A stretch of DNA of 64,000 nt from Candidatus Didemnitutus sp. (GTDB lineage: Bacteria; Verrucomicrobiota; Verrucomicrobiia; Opitutales; Opitutaceae). A program made the translations under genes and the position numbers. The notes beneath the pieces were generated by a model, which was not told the origin of the DNA, searched no databases, and saw only the letters and a list, made by a program, of their open reading frames with translations. The stretch spans positions 12 to 64,011 of the forward strand of contig DASYDZ010000209.1 in NCBI GenBank assembly GCA_036499305.1, read 5' to 3'. This document shows, in pieces, positions 9,711-18,912 of the stretch (position 1 is the first letter of the stretch; each line of letters starts with the position of its first letter).

Positions 9711-10451
9711 TCAGTCCTTCAAGCCGAGCACATCCTGCATGTCGTAAAGACCCGGCGGGCGCCCGATCACCCAGGTGGCGGCGCGCAGGGCACCGCGGGC
9801 GAAAAGGGCGCGGTCGCTGGCCTTGTGGGTGAGTTCAAGTCTCTCGCCCGGACCCGCAAAGATGACCGTATGGTCCCCGATCACGTCGCCGCCCCGCACG
9901 GCATGGACGCCGATCTCGGAGCGGGTGCGCTCGCCGGTGATGCCGGAGCGACCGTGACGAAGCGCGTCGACGCCCAAGGCACGTCCCTCGCGAACCAGTT
10001 CGAGCAGGCGCACGGCAGTGCCGCTGGGCGCGTCCTTCTTCAGCCGGTGGTGCATCTCGATCAACTCCACGTCGTAGTCGTCCCCGAGCACGCGGGCCGC
10101 GCGCGCGGTGAGCGCGAACAGGAGGTTGACGCCGACCGAAAAGTTGCCCGCCCAGACCGCCGGCACGCGCGCCGCCCGGGCGGCGAGATCCTTTTTCTCC
10201 GCCGCGGAATGTCCGGTCGTTCCGATGATCAGCGGTTTCCCGGCGCCGACGGCGGCATCGATCAACGCGGCGGTCGCGGAAGGAGAGCTGAAGTCCACGA
10301 CGACGTCGCCGAGCGCGAGGGCGGCGGCGAGATTGTCCTTCACATCCACCGATGCGGCGATCGTCAGGCCAACCTCGGCGGCGGCCGTGGCGACGGCCCG
10401 GCCCATTCGACCCGCCGCGCCGTGGAGTATGACCCGCGGGGCGCTGCTCAT
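9711..10451 (-). CDS. dapB: 4-hydroxy-tetrahydrodipicolinate reductase
   Basis: GAAGRMG, VDFS, GTTG, NFSVGVN, EMHHRLKKDAPSGTA. Confidence 0.97.
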   Translation of the reverse strand: MSSAPRVILHGAAGRMGRAVATAAAEVGLTIAASVDVKDNLAAALALGDVVVDFSSPSATAALIDAAVGAGKPLIIGTTGHSAAEKKDLAARAARVPAVWAGNFSVGVNLLFALTARAARVLGDDYDVELIEMHHRLKKDAPSGTAVRLLELVREGRALGVDALRHGRSGITGERTRSEIGVHAVRGGDVIGDHTVIFAGPGERLELTHKASDRALFARGALRAATWVIGRPPGLYDMQDVLGLKD

Positions 10452-11341
10452 CGGCCTTCGAAGGTGTCGAGCACGGCAAAGAGCGTCTTGCGGCTGGTTG
10501 CAGTCAGGCCGCAGAGCGGTGAACGCACCTCCGGGGAGCTGATGATCCCCGCGCGCGCCATGGCGTCCTTGATCGGTGTCGGGTTCGATTCGATGAAGAT
10601 CGCCTTGAAGACGGGATAGAGTTTCCGATGAAGCGCCATCGCCCTAGCGTAGTCCCCGGCCAGGGCGAGCGCGGTGAGGCGTGCCACCGCCCGTGGATAG
10701 AGATTGCTCGCCACGCTGATCACGCCGCGGGCGCCAATGGCCATGAAGGGGAGGGTGAGAGGGTCGTCACCGCTCAGGACCGTGACCGAATCGCCCAAGG
10801 CCTGGGTGAGCTGATCGACGCGGTCGACCGAGCCGCCGGCCTCCTTGATGTGATTGACGTGACGGTACCGGCTGCGGAGACGCTCGACGGTGCCGACACC
10901 GATTTCGATCCCGCAGCGGCCGGGAATCGAATAAAGAATGATCGGCCGGTCGGTTGCCTCGGCGATCGCGGAAAAATGAAGGAACAGGCCTTCCTGGGTC
11001 GGCTTGTTGTAGTAGGGCGCGACGACCAGCATCGCATCCGCCCCTGCGCCGTGGGCCTCCCGGGTCAGGTAGAGCGCCTCCTTGGTGCTGTTCGAACCGG
11101 TGCCGGCGATGACCGGGACGCGACCGCGGGCCTGGTCGATCACCGTGCGGATGACCTCCAAGTGCTCCTCGTAATCGAGGGTGGGAGACTCGCCAGTGGT
11201 GCCAACCGGGACGAGGCCGTTAATTCCCTGTTTAATTTGCCAGTCCACGAGTTTCCGCAATTCGGGGTAGGCCACGGCGCCCTTGGCGAAGGGCGTGACG
11301 AGGGCGGTGATGGCTCCGGTGAACGGGCGCGAGGACTTCAT
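10448..11341 (-). CDS. dapA: 4-hydroxy-tetrahydrodipicolinate synthase
   Basis: ALVTPF, GTTGES, PYYNKPTQ, YSIPGR, catalytic IKEA, SGDD. Confidence 0.97.
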   Translation of the reverse strand: MKSSRPFTGAITALVTPFAKGAVAYPELRKLVDWQIKQGINGLVPVGTTGESPTLDYEEHLEVIRTVIDQARGRVPVIAGTGSNSTKEALYLTREAHGAGADAMLVVAPYYNKPTQEGLFLHFSAIAEATDRPIILYSIPGRCGIEIGVGTVERLRSRYRHVNHIKEAGGSVDRVDQLTQALGDSVTVLSGDDPLTLPFMAIGARGVISVASNLYPRAVARLTALALAGDYARAMALHRKLYPVFKAIFIESNPTPIKDAMARAGIISSPEVRSPLCGLTATSRKTLFAVLDTFEGR

Positions 11342-11421
11342 GAAAGTGTTACCTTGAACGAGAACAGGTAAGCCATTAGGCAAAGCACAGGTTTTAGGCC
11401 GGTTCACGCCCAAAATTCCCG

Positions 11422-12516
11422 ATGAGCATCACAATTCACACCGAGATCATGAATGACCTGTTGAAACTGGCCGTCGACAGCGCCGCCAGCGACATCGTGG
11501 TCAAGTCCAACAAGCCGGGCTACCTGCGGCTGTCCGGCCGGCTCCGGTCGGTGGAGATGGACGTCATCGCGCATGAGCAGGCCGAGGCCTGGGTGAACGA
11601 ACATGTGCCGGAGGTATTTCGATCGAACTGGGATCGCGACGGACAGGTTGACTTCGCCTACGCCGCCACGGATGTCGGCCGCTTTCGCGTCAACGCGTTC
11701 CATCAGCGAGGGACGGTGAGCATCGTCTTCCGCCACATCAAGAGCCGTCCCCCGACCTTCGAGGATCTGAAGCTCGAGTCGGAAGTGCTGATCAAGCTCT
11801 CGCAGGCCAAGGACGGAATTCTGCTGATCTGCGGAGCCACGGGCTCGGGCAAGAGCTCCACCATGGCGGCGATGATGAACTGGATCAACCAGAACATGGA
11901 CAAGCACATCGTGACGATCGAAGACCCGATCGAGTACACGTTTTCGGACGACAAGTCGCTTTTCCAGCAGCGGGAGATCGGCATCGACGTGCCCAGCTTC
12001 GAATTGGCGATCAAATCGGTGCTGCGCCAGAATCCCGACATCATCCTGATCGGTGAAATGCGCGATCGGGAGACGTTCGAGACCGCGATCTCCGCGGCCG
12101 AGACCGGTCACCTCGTGCTCTCCACCATGCACGCGGCCACGGTTGCGCAGTCGCTCACGCGCCTGTTCGAATTCTTCCCGCCGGAGCAGCTCGCGCAGGC
12201 CCGCCGCCAGATTGCGGGTTCGCTGCGTGGCTTCATCTGCCAGAAACTCATCCCCGCGATGGAGGGCGGCGGCCGATTCGCCGCCCACGAGGTCCTGGTC
12301 GCGGACACGACCGTGAGAAACCTCATTCTCGAAGGCCAGAACGACAAGATCCAGCAACTGCTCGATTCGTCGTCCGATGCGATGTCCAAGTCCTTCAACA
12401 AGGACATCTATCGCCTGATCAAGGACGGCAAGATCAGCAAGGCTGACGGATTGAGATTCTCGCCCAACCCGCCCGCCCTGGAGATGAACCTCAAGGGCAT
12501 CTTCTTCAAATCGTGA
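11422..12516 (+). CDS. PilT/PilU-family type IV pilus ATPase
   Basis: GRFRVNAF, Walker A GATGSGKSS, TIEDPIEY, ILIGEMRD, HLVLSTMHA; AIRNLIRE replaced by TVRNLILE. Confidence 0.92.
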   Translation: MSITIHTEIMNDLLKLAVDSAASDIVVKSNKPGYLRLSGRLRSVEMDVIAHEQAEAWVNEHVPEVFRSNWDRDGQVDFAYAATDVGRFRVNAFHQRGTVSIVFRHIKSRPPTFEDLKLESEVLIKLSQAKDGILLICGATGSGKSSTMAAMMNWINQNMDKHIVTIEDPIEYTFSDDKSLFQQREIGIDVPSFELAIKSVLRQNPDIILIGEMRDRETFETAISAAETGHLVLSTMHAATVAQSLTRLFEFFPPEQLAQARRQIAGSLRGFICQKLIPAMEGGGRFAAHEVLVADTTVRNLILEGQNDKIQQLLDSSSDAMSKSFNKDIYRLIKDGKISKADGLRFSPNPPALEMNLKGIFFKS

Positions 12517-13433
12517 TCCGATTTTGCGCGTTGGTGTTGCTGGCCGGCGTCACCATGGCCGGCGCGGCGGACGACGCAAAGGCGCCACTGTCGGAGACCA
12601 GCCGGCAGCTCGACCAGCTCCAGAGGCAGCCAGCCGCCGTCGCGGAGGGAGGGGATAATTCGCTCCGCAGCGCGCTGCCTGCGCTGGGCACGACGCTGAA
12701 GGGGCGCGAGGCGCTGCCTTCCACCGATCCCGGCACCGGCCTGAAGGACCGCAAGCTGAAGACTTCCAGGAAGAATCCGAATCAGAACTGGCTCGTCGAC
12801 GGTTACGAGAAGCTCGATCCCAAGGCGAACCACGACAAGGACGCGGTGCTCCTTCCGGTTGCCGCGGCACCGGCCGACGGCAGCAGGGACGACAAGACGG
12901 ACGAGACGTCCTCCACAAAAATTGACATCTTCTCGCTCTACGAAGCTGACGCCAAGGAACGCGCGTCCTCTGATCGTCCTTCCGAACACAGTCGGTCCAC
13001 CGCGGATCCATTGGCGCCATTCCTGCAGTCATGGCTGAACAAGGCGCCCGATCACGATCTGGTTTTGGCCGACGCTTCGAAGCCCGACGGTGCTCCCGGC
13101 GGCCTCCCGACGTTTGGCGCCGCTCCGGTTCCGGCGGCGGACGGGGCATCGACCGCATTGATTTTGGATTTTGGAAAAAGCGCGGGAGACGCACCATCGA
13201 ACCCGTATCTCGCCAGTCTTTCGCTTCCTTCGCTCGAAGCATTGACCCCGGCTTCGACCCCAGCGCTGGCTCCGATGCTTCCGGACTTCGGGACGCCACC
13301 TGTCCCGTCCAAAAACAATCTCGGTTTGCCGCCGGACAGCCTGCTGCCGGCGGGCAGGGTGGATGGCCGAAAACCGCCTCCTTCCCCGGCCGACGAGGAC
13401 CGCAAGTATTTCCCTCAGCTCAACCGCTTTTAG
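12513..13433 (+). CDS. Hypothetical secreted low-complexity protein
   Basis: GTGA overlap with the ATPase gene; signal peptide; P/A/S/D-rich; ends DEDRKYFPQLNRF. Confidence 0.7.
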   Translation: MIRFCALVLLAGVTMAGAADDAKAPLSETSRQLDQLQRQPAAVAEGGDNSLRSALPALGTTLKGREALPSTDPGTGLKDRKLKTSRKNPNQNWLVDGYEKLDPKANHDKDAVLLPVAAAPADGSRDDKTDETSSTKIDIFSLYEADAKERASSDRPSEHSRSTADPLAPFLQSWLNKAPDHDLVLADASKPDGAPGGLPTFGAAPVPAADGASTALILDFGKSAGDAPSNPYLASLSLPSLEALTPASTPALAPMLPDFGTPPVPSKNNLGLPPDSLLPAGRVDGRKPPPSPADEDRKYFPQLNRF

Positions 13434-13479
13434 TGCTTGGTATTTGGGTGCGGGGGCGGTTTAACCGCTCCTTTCATCT

Positions 13480-14385
13480 ATGTCGTTGGCACTACTTTTT
13501 GCCGGTCAGGGAGCTCAAAAGGTCGGCATGGGTCGAAGCCTTTGCGACGTTTCCTATTCGGCTCGAGCGCTTTACGACCAAGCGGACCAGGTGTTGGGTT
13601 GGGCGCTGTCCCAGGTCAGTTTCGAGGGCCCGGAAACGGAATTGACCCAAACCAAGGCCTGTCAGCCGGCGCTGTTCGTGCATGGGCTGGCGACGTTGGC
13701 TGCATTCCAGGAATGTGGCCACGCCAAGGACCCTAAGTTCGCATTGGGATTGAGCTTGGGCGAGGTGACAGCGCTGACCGCCGCGGGTGTATTTGATTTT
13801 GCGACCGGACTGAAGGTGGTCGCGGAACGAGGACGGTTGATGCAGATGGCGTGCGAAAAGACGACCGGTGCGATGGCGGCGGTGATCGGTGAGGAACGAG
13901 CGAAGGTGGCGGAATTGGCGGCGGACTTCGGCGTCGAAGTCGCCAACTACAATGCCCCGGGCCAGGTCATTGTGTCGGGGGAGAAGGCCTCGATCGACAG
14001 GTTGGTGGCCGCAGCCAAGGACCGCGGATTGAAGCGCGTGATGCCGCTCAATGTCGCCGGTGCCTACCACAGCAGGTTGATGGAACCGGCGCGGGCCGGG
14101 TTCGCGGATTTCCTGCGCGGGGTCGCGTTTCACGCGCCAAAATTCACGGTTTTCAGCAATACGACCGGGCGGCCCGTCACCAGCGTCGAGGAGATCCGCG
14201 AGGCTCTCGTGCGTCAGGTGGTGTCCTCCGTACTTTGGGAGGACTGCATGCGAAACTGCGCGGCCGCGGGCGCGACCGGGTTCATCGAATGCGGGCCCGG
14301 TGCGGTGCTGGCCGGCCTGGCACGGCGCACGGAAAAGTCCTGGGTCGTGAAATCGGTGTCCGAAGCGGCGGACCTCGCGGCGTGA
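13480..14385 (+). CDS. fabD: Malonyl-CoA:ACP transacylase
   Basis: FAGQGAQ, QPALF, GLSLGE (catalytic Ser), AGAYHS. Confidence 0.95.
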   Translation: MSLALLFAGQGAQKVGMGRSLCDVSYSARALYDQADQVLGWALSQVSFEGPETELTQTKACQPALFVHGLATLAAFQECGHAKDPKFALGLSLGEVTALTAAGVFDFATGLKVVAERGRLMQMACEKTTGAMAAVIGEERAKVAELAADFGVEVANYNAPGQVIVSGEKASIDRLVAAAKDRGLKRVMPLNVAGAYHSRLMEPARAGFADFLRGVAFHAPKFTVFSNTTGRPVTSVEEIREALVRQVVSSVLWEDCMRNCAAAGATGFIECGPGAVLAGLARRTEKSWVVKSVSEAADLAA

Positions 14386-14440
14386 CACCAACGTTTGCCG
14401 TCCACGCCGAAATGACCGATCCTTCGTTTCCCGATCCGCT

Positions 14441-16243
14441 TTGAACGACGCCCCCTACACCCGGAATTTCTGCATCATCGCCCATGTCGATCATGGGAAG
14501 ACGACGCTGTCCGACCGTTTGCTGGAATTCACCAGCACCATCACCAAGCGGGTGATGACCGACCAGCATCTCGACTCGATGGACCTGGAGAAGGAGCGGG
14601 GCATCACCATCAAGATGCATCCGGTGACGATGACCTACCCGGCGAAGGATGGGAAAATCTACAAGCTGAACCTGATGGACACGCCGGGCCACGTCGATTT
14701 CAGCTACGAGGTCTCGCGTTCGCTCGCGGCGTGCGAAGGCGCCCTGCTGCTCATCGACGCCGCGCAGGGGGTCGAGGCCCAGACGGTGGCAAATGCGCAC
14801 CTGGCCTTTGCGCAGGGCCTCAAGGTGATTCCGGTCATCAACAAGATCGACCTTCCCAGCGCCAACCTCGAGCTGTGCATCCGCCAACTGGAGGATATTT
14901 TGACCATTCCGGCGGAGGAGGCGATCCTGGCCAGCGGCAAGTCCGGCATCGGCATTTCCGAGATCCTCGAGGCGGTCGTGACCCGCATCCCGCCGCCACG
15001 CTGGACGGACTATCCGACGACGCGGATGCTGGTGTTCGACTCCAGATACGATTCGTACCGCGGGGTCATTTCCCACGTCCGTGTGTTTTCGGGCACCTTC
15101 CGCGCCGGCGAGATCATGATGCTGATGAGCTCGGGCCAGAAGTCCGAGATCAAGGAGGTCGGCATGTTTCATCCCGTTCCGGTGAAATGCGACAAGCTCG
15201 GCCCCGGCGACGTCGGTTACATCGTCAGCAACATCAAGAGCGTCGACGAGATCAAGGTCGGCGACACGGTGACGCATGCCAACAAACCGGCGGCGGAGAT
15301 GCTGCCCGGCTACAAGGAGGTGCACCCGATGGTGTACTGCGGACTCTACCCGCTGGAATCGAGCGACTACGAAAAACTCAAGGTGGCGCTCGGCAAGCTG
15401 CGCCTGAACGACTCGGCGCTGATCTACTCGAACGAGACCTCGGTGGCCCTTGGTTTCGGCTTCCGCTGCGGTTTCCTCGGCCTGCTGCACATGGAGGTCA
15501 TCCAGGAGCGCATTCGCCGCGAATACGACGTGGAGATCATTTCAACTTACCCGAGCGTCGTCTACCGGGTGAAGAAGCATGGCGGCGAGGTGATCGAGGT
15601 GGACAATCCGGTCAACCTGCCGGATCCGGCGAGCATCGCGGAAATTTCGGAACCCATGATCAAGGCGTCGATCCATATCCCGAACGAATATCTCGGCGAC
15701 ATGCTCAGCCTGATCATGGAGAAGCGCGGCACGTGCGATCACACCGACACCCTCGACGGTTCGCGGGTCATGTTGACGTGCACCCTGCCGCTGAACGAGA
15801 TCCTGGTGGACTTCAACGACCGGCTGAAGAGCATCACGCGCGGGTATGGCTCGATGGATTATGAACTCGGCGAATACCGGCCGTCGGACCTGGTGAAGAT
15901 GGAAATCCTGGTCAACAGCGACCCGGTCGACGCCTTCGCCAGCATCGTGCACCGTTCGAAAGCCGAAGGGCAGGGGCGCCAGCTCTGCGAAAAGCTGGCG
16001 GACATCATCCCGCCGCAGCTCTTCAAGATCGCGGTCCAGGCCGCCATTGGCGGCAAAATCATCGCGCGCGACAATGTCCGCGAAATGCGGAAGGATGTCA
16101 CCGAGAAATGCTACGGCGGCGACATCAGCCGAAAGCGGAAGTTGCTCGACAAGCAGAAGGAGGGCAAAAAGAAGATGAAGCAGATCGGCCGCGTCTCGAT
16201 TCCTCCGGACGCCTTCATCCAGGTGCTCAAGACCAACAACTAG
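14441..16243 (+). CDS. lepA: Elongation factor 4 (LepA)
   Basis: RNFCIIAHVDHGKTTL, ERGITIK, DTPGHVDF, NKID, CYGGDISRKRKLL; TTG start. Confidence 0.98.
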   Translation: MNDAPYTRNFCIIAHVDHGKTTLSDRLLEFTSTITKRVMTDQHLDSMDLEKERGITIKMHPVTMTYPAKDGKIYKLNLMDTPGHVDFSYEVSRSLAACEGALLLIDAAQGVEAQTVANAHLAFAQGLKVIPVINKIDLPSANLELCIRQLEDILTIPAEEAILASGKSGIGISEILEAVVTRIPPPRWTDYPTTRMLVFDSRYDSYRGVISHVRVFSGTFRAGEIMMLMSSGQKSEIKEVGMFHPVPVKCDKLGPGDVGYIVSNIKSVDEIKVGDTVTHANKPAAEMLPGYKEVHPMVYCGLYPLESSDYEKLKVALGKLRLNDSALIYSNETSVALGFGFRCGFLGLLHMEVIQERIRREYDVEIISTYPSVVYRVKKHGGEVIEVDNPVNLPDPASIAEISEPMIKASIHIPNEYLGDMLSLIMEKRGTCDHTDTLDGSRVMLTCTLPLNEILVDFNDRLKSITRGYGSMDYELGEYRPSDLVKMEILVNSDPVDAFASIVHRSKAEGQGRQLCEKLADIIPPQLFKIAVQAAIGGKIIARDNVREMRKDVTEKCYGGDISRKRKLLDKQKEGKKKMKQIGRVSIPPDAFIQVLKTNN

Positions 16244-16253
16244 ACCTTCCCCC

Positions 16254-17588
16254 GTGTTTTCATTCCTGTTTTCCGAGGAAAAAAAGGTGCGCGGGCATGC
16301 GGCCAACTGGCTGGAGGTGGCGAACCGGGTCTATCATTTCCGGCGCGATCTCCTGAGCGAGGTGGAACTGCGAAGGCTGACCGGGGCGCGCGATGACCTG
16401 AGGCAAAAGCTCCGGGAACACGCCAGGGTCCCGGTGCTCAAGGCCGCCGTGGAGAAGCTCGAGGCGGTCCTGCGCGAGACCGGCGGACGGCAGTACCCGG
16501 TCACGTCCATCGTCGAGAACGTCGAGTTCTTTCTCGTCGCCGCGATCGTGATCCTCGGACTGCGCGCGTATTTCGTGCAGCCCTTCAAGATTCCCACCAA
16601 CTCGATGTGGCCGACGTACAACGGCATGACCCAGGAGACATTCCGGGCGGGCGAGGCTCCCGGGCCGCTGGCGCGGGTGGGGCGCCTCATCGCGTACGGA
16701 GCGACCCGCCGGACGATCACCGCCCCGGCCGATGGCGAACTGATGGTGCCGTTCTGGGGCAATGGATACGTTGCCTACAATGAGCGGCCGGGGAAATCGA
16801 TGTACGTGTTCCCCGCGGTGGTCCGCCAATATGTTTTCCGGGTGGAGAATCGCGACGCGACCGTCGAGGTGCCGCAGGATTTCAGCGGCATGGACGCCGT
16901 GCTCGAGGACACGATGGGCGACGGCAAGGGCTCGTGGAAGGCGGGCCTGCGCGAACGGGTGTTCAAGCTGGGCCAGTCCTCGCCCGCACTGGTGCAGAAC
17001 CTGGAGGACGGTGGAAAGGAGTTTCCGGGGAATGCCATCTGGGTGCCGACCGGACGCATGGTGCACCGGGGAGAGCCGATCGCGACCTTCGACATCCTGA
17101 CCGGTGATCTGCTTTTCGTGGAGCGGATCTCTTACAATTTTATCCAGCCGAAGGTCGGTCAGGGGTTCGTGTTCAAGACCGAGAACATCCACAGCGTGCA
17201 CATGAAGAAGGGCGACGAGCAGATCCGGTCGTATTACATCAAACGGCTCGTCGGCACGCCGGGCGACACCCTGGAGGTGCGGCCGCCGGTCCTGATCCGA
17301 AACGGCAAGCCGATCGACGGCGCGGATGCGTTTCAGAAGAACGCGGTGATGGAGGGGAAATATCCCGGATACACGTTCATGAACAGCGAACGCCGGGACG
17401 GTGGCGAGACCCTGACCGGACCCGGTGCGACCGTGACCGTGCCGGACCACCGGTATTACGCCATGGGCGACAACTCTCCGATCAGCGCCGACAGCCGCTT
17501 CTGGGGCTTCGTGCCCGACAAGGACGTTGTTGGCCGTCCGCTGTTCATCTATTATCCGCTGAGCAGCCGCTGGGGACCGGCGCACTAG
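16254..17588 (+). CDS. lepB: Signal peptidase I with extended N-terminus
   Basis: QPFKIPTNSMWPT, YIKRLVG, GDN...SADSRFWGFVP; GTG start. Confidence 0.93.
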   Translation: MFSFLFSEEKKVRGHAANWLEVANRVYHFRRDLLSEVELRRLTGARDDLRQKLREHARVPVLKAAVEKLEAVLRETGGRQYPVTSIVENVEFFLVAAIVILGLRAYFVQPFKIPTNSMWPTYNGMTQETFRAGEAPGPLARVGRLIAYGATRRTITAPADGELMVPFWGNGYVAYNERPGKSMYVFPAVVRQYVFRVENRDATVEVPQDFSGMDAVLEDTMGDGKGSWKAGLRERVFKLGQSSPALVQNLEDGGKEFPGNAIWVPTGRMVHRGEPIATFDILTGDLLFVERISYNFIQPKVGQGFVFKTENIHSVHMKKGDEQIRSYYIKRLVGTPGDTLEVRPPVLIRNGKPIDGADAFQKNAVMEGKYPGYTFMNSERRDGGETLTGPGATVTVPDHRYYAMGDNSPISADSRFWGFVPDKDVVGRPLFIYYPLSSRWGPAH

Positions 17589-17589
17589 G

Positions 17590-17920
17590 TTTGCTGTGAC
17601 CGGGGCAGGTTGTAGTCGGAGGGGTCCTATCCCGGATGTCGCCCGATCTTTGGCGTCGACCCGAATCTCACGAAGCTGATGTAGCCGGGGGCGTCCGACC
17701 CCGGTGATCTCACGATGTTTGGGATCGTTCGTTGTATCCGTCAGATCGACCGGAGCGTTTGCCGGGCCCAACGGGCCCGGCTACAATCGATCCACGGTAG
17801 GGACGCTTTGTTTTGATGTAGCCGGGGCGTGACCTCGGGGTCTTATGTGCTCTGTGGGGTCGGATTGGTCTCTCAAGACTCAGGATGTGTTGGACCGGCC
17901 TCTTCGGATCCGGTTACACC
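17590..17920. repeat. Cluster of GTAG-type REP-like palindromes
   Basis: TGTAGTCGGA..., TGTAGCCGGGGGCGTCCGACCCCGG, GCCGGGCCCAACGGGCCCGGCTACA (inverted), TGTAGCCGGGGCGTGACCTCGGGG, ACCGGCCTCTTCGGATCCGGTTACA (inverted). Confidence 0.7.
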
Positions 17921-17925
17921 GCCAC

Positions 17926-17953
17926 ACAACGCACAATATATATTATGTCTAGT
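17926..17953. other. dif-like XerC/XerD chromosome dimer resolution site
   Basis: ACAACGCACAA-TATATA-TTATGTCTAGT versus E. coli dif GGTGCGCATAA-TGTATA-TTATGTTAAAT; AT-rich, intergenic, between convergent operons; KOPS polarity flips across it. Confidence 0.8.
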
Positions 17954-17979
17954 CGTTAACTGATTGGGCTATCGGCTGA

Positions 17980-18912
17980 TCAGGCGCCCAGATGCTCCCG
18001 GATCGCACCTGTCACCTGCTCCCGGCCGTCTTCGATCAGGTAATGTCCGGCGTCAGCGAGATAGTCCGCCTTCGCCTCCGGTAGAATTGCGCGCCAGCGC
18101 TCGAAATAGTGGCGGTTGAAACAGAAATCCCGCGCGCCCCAGATGATCCGGATCGGACGCTCGCGCAGCTTCGGCAGGCTGGATTCGATCCCGGCCAGCG
18201 CGGAATCGGACGCTGTCCCCTTGCCGCTTGGAATATCCCGCACGAATCGATGAACCGCGATTCGGTTGGCCCAGGAATCGTATGGAAAGAGAAATCCATC
18301 CCGGACCGGCCCCGGCAATCTCTTGGTCACGGCCATCCAGGTCGCCGGCCCGGCAAATCCGTTCAGGCCCCGCACCAGCAGTTCGCCGATCACGGGTGCG
18401 CGACACGCCCGGATCCGCAGCGGGATCTTGGTGTCGGCGAAAGCCGCGGTATTCAGGATGACCACCTTCCCGAGTTTCTCCCCGAGCGGCAGCATTGCCC
18501 CCAGCCCGATCGGCCCTCCCCAATCGTGCACGATCAGATGGATTTTGCGCAAACCGAGGCGGTCCACCAGTCCGCGCAGATTGGCGATATGATTGGGCAG
18601 CGAATAATCATAATCCTGGGGCTTGTCGGACAGGCCGCAGCCGAGATGGTCCAGCGCCACGCAACGGATTGAATCGCGCAGCGCGAGGATCACGGACCGG
18701 TAGAAAAACGACCAGGTCGGATTTCCATGCACCATCAGGACCGCTTCGTCGCCCACTCCTTCGTCCAGATAACTCATCGTTCCGGCGGGCGTCTCATGTC
18801 GGCGCGGTGAAAACGGATAGATCGCCCGCAGCCATTCGGGCAGCTCCGCCGGCGGGCGGGCCACAGATCCGGATTCACTCCGCACAGTGTCAGCGGTCAC
18901 GGCGGTTACCAT
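17980..18912 (-). CDS. oleB: OleB-like alpha/beta hydrolase (haloalkane dehalogenase-like beta-lactone decarboxylase)
   Basis: HGNPTWSFFY, HDWGG (Asp nucleophile), DAGHY; start overlaps the oleA stop. Confidence 0.82.
   Translation of the reverse strand: MVTAVTADTVRSESGSVARPPAELPEWLRAIYPFSPRRHETPAGTMSYLDEGVGDEAVLMVHGNPTWSFFYRSVILALRDSIRCVALDHLGCGLSDKPQDYDYSLPNHIANLRGLVDRLGLRKIHLIVHDWGGPIGLGAMLPLGEKLGKVVILNTAAFADTKIPLRIRACRAPVIGELLVRGLNGFAGPATWMAVTKRLPGPVRDGFLFPYDSWANRIAVHRFVRDIPSGKGTASDSALAGIESSLPKLRERPIRIIWGARDFCFNRHYFERWRAILPEAKADYLADAGHYLIEDGREQVTGAIREHLGA

Noticed and set aside
11342-11421. Lysine riboswitch upstream of dapA
   Set aside because: Region too short and no consensus.
17590-17920. 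CRISPR array interpretation of the repeats
   Set aside because: Repeats are degenerate, alternate in orientation and are irregularly spaced; no cas genes.
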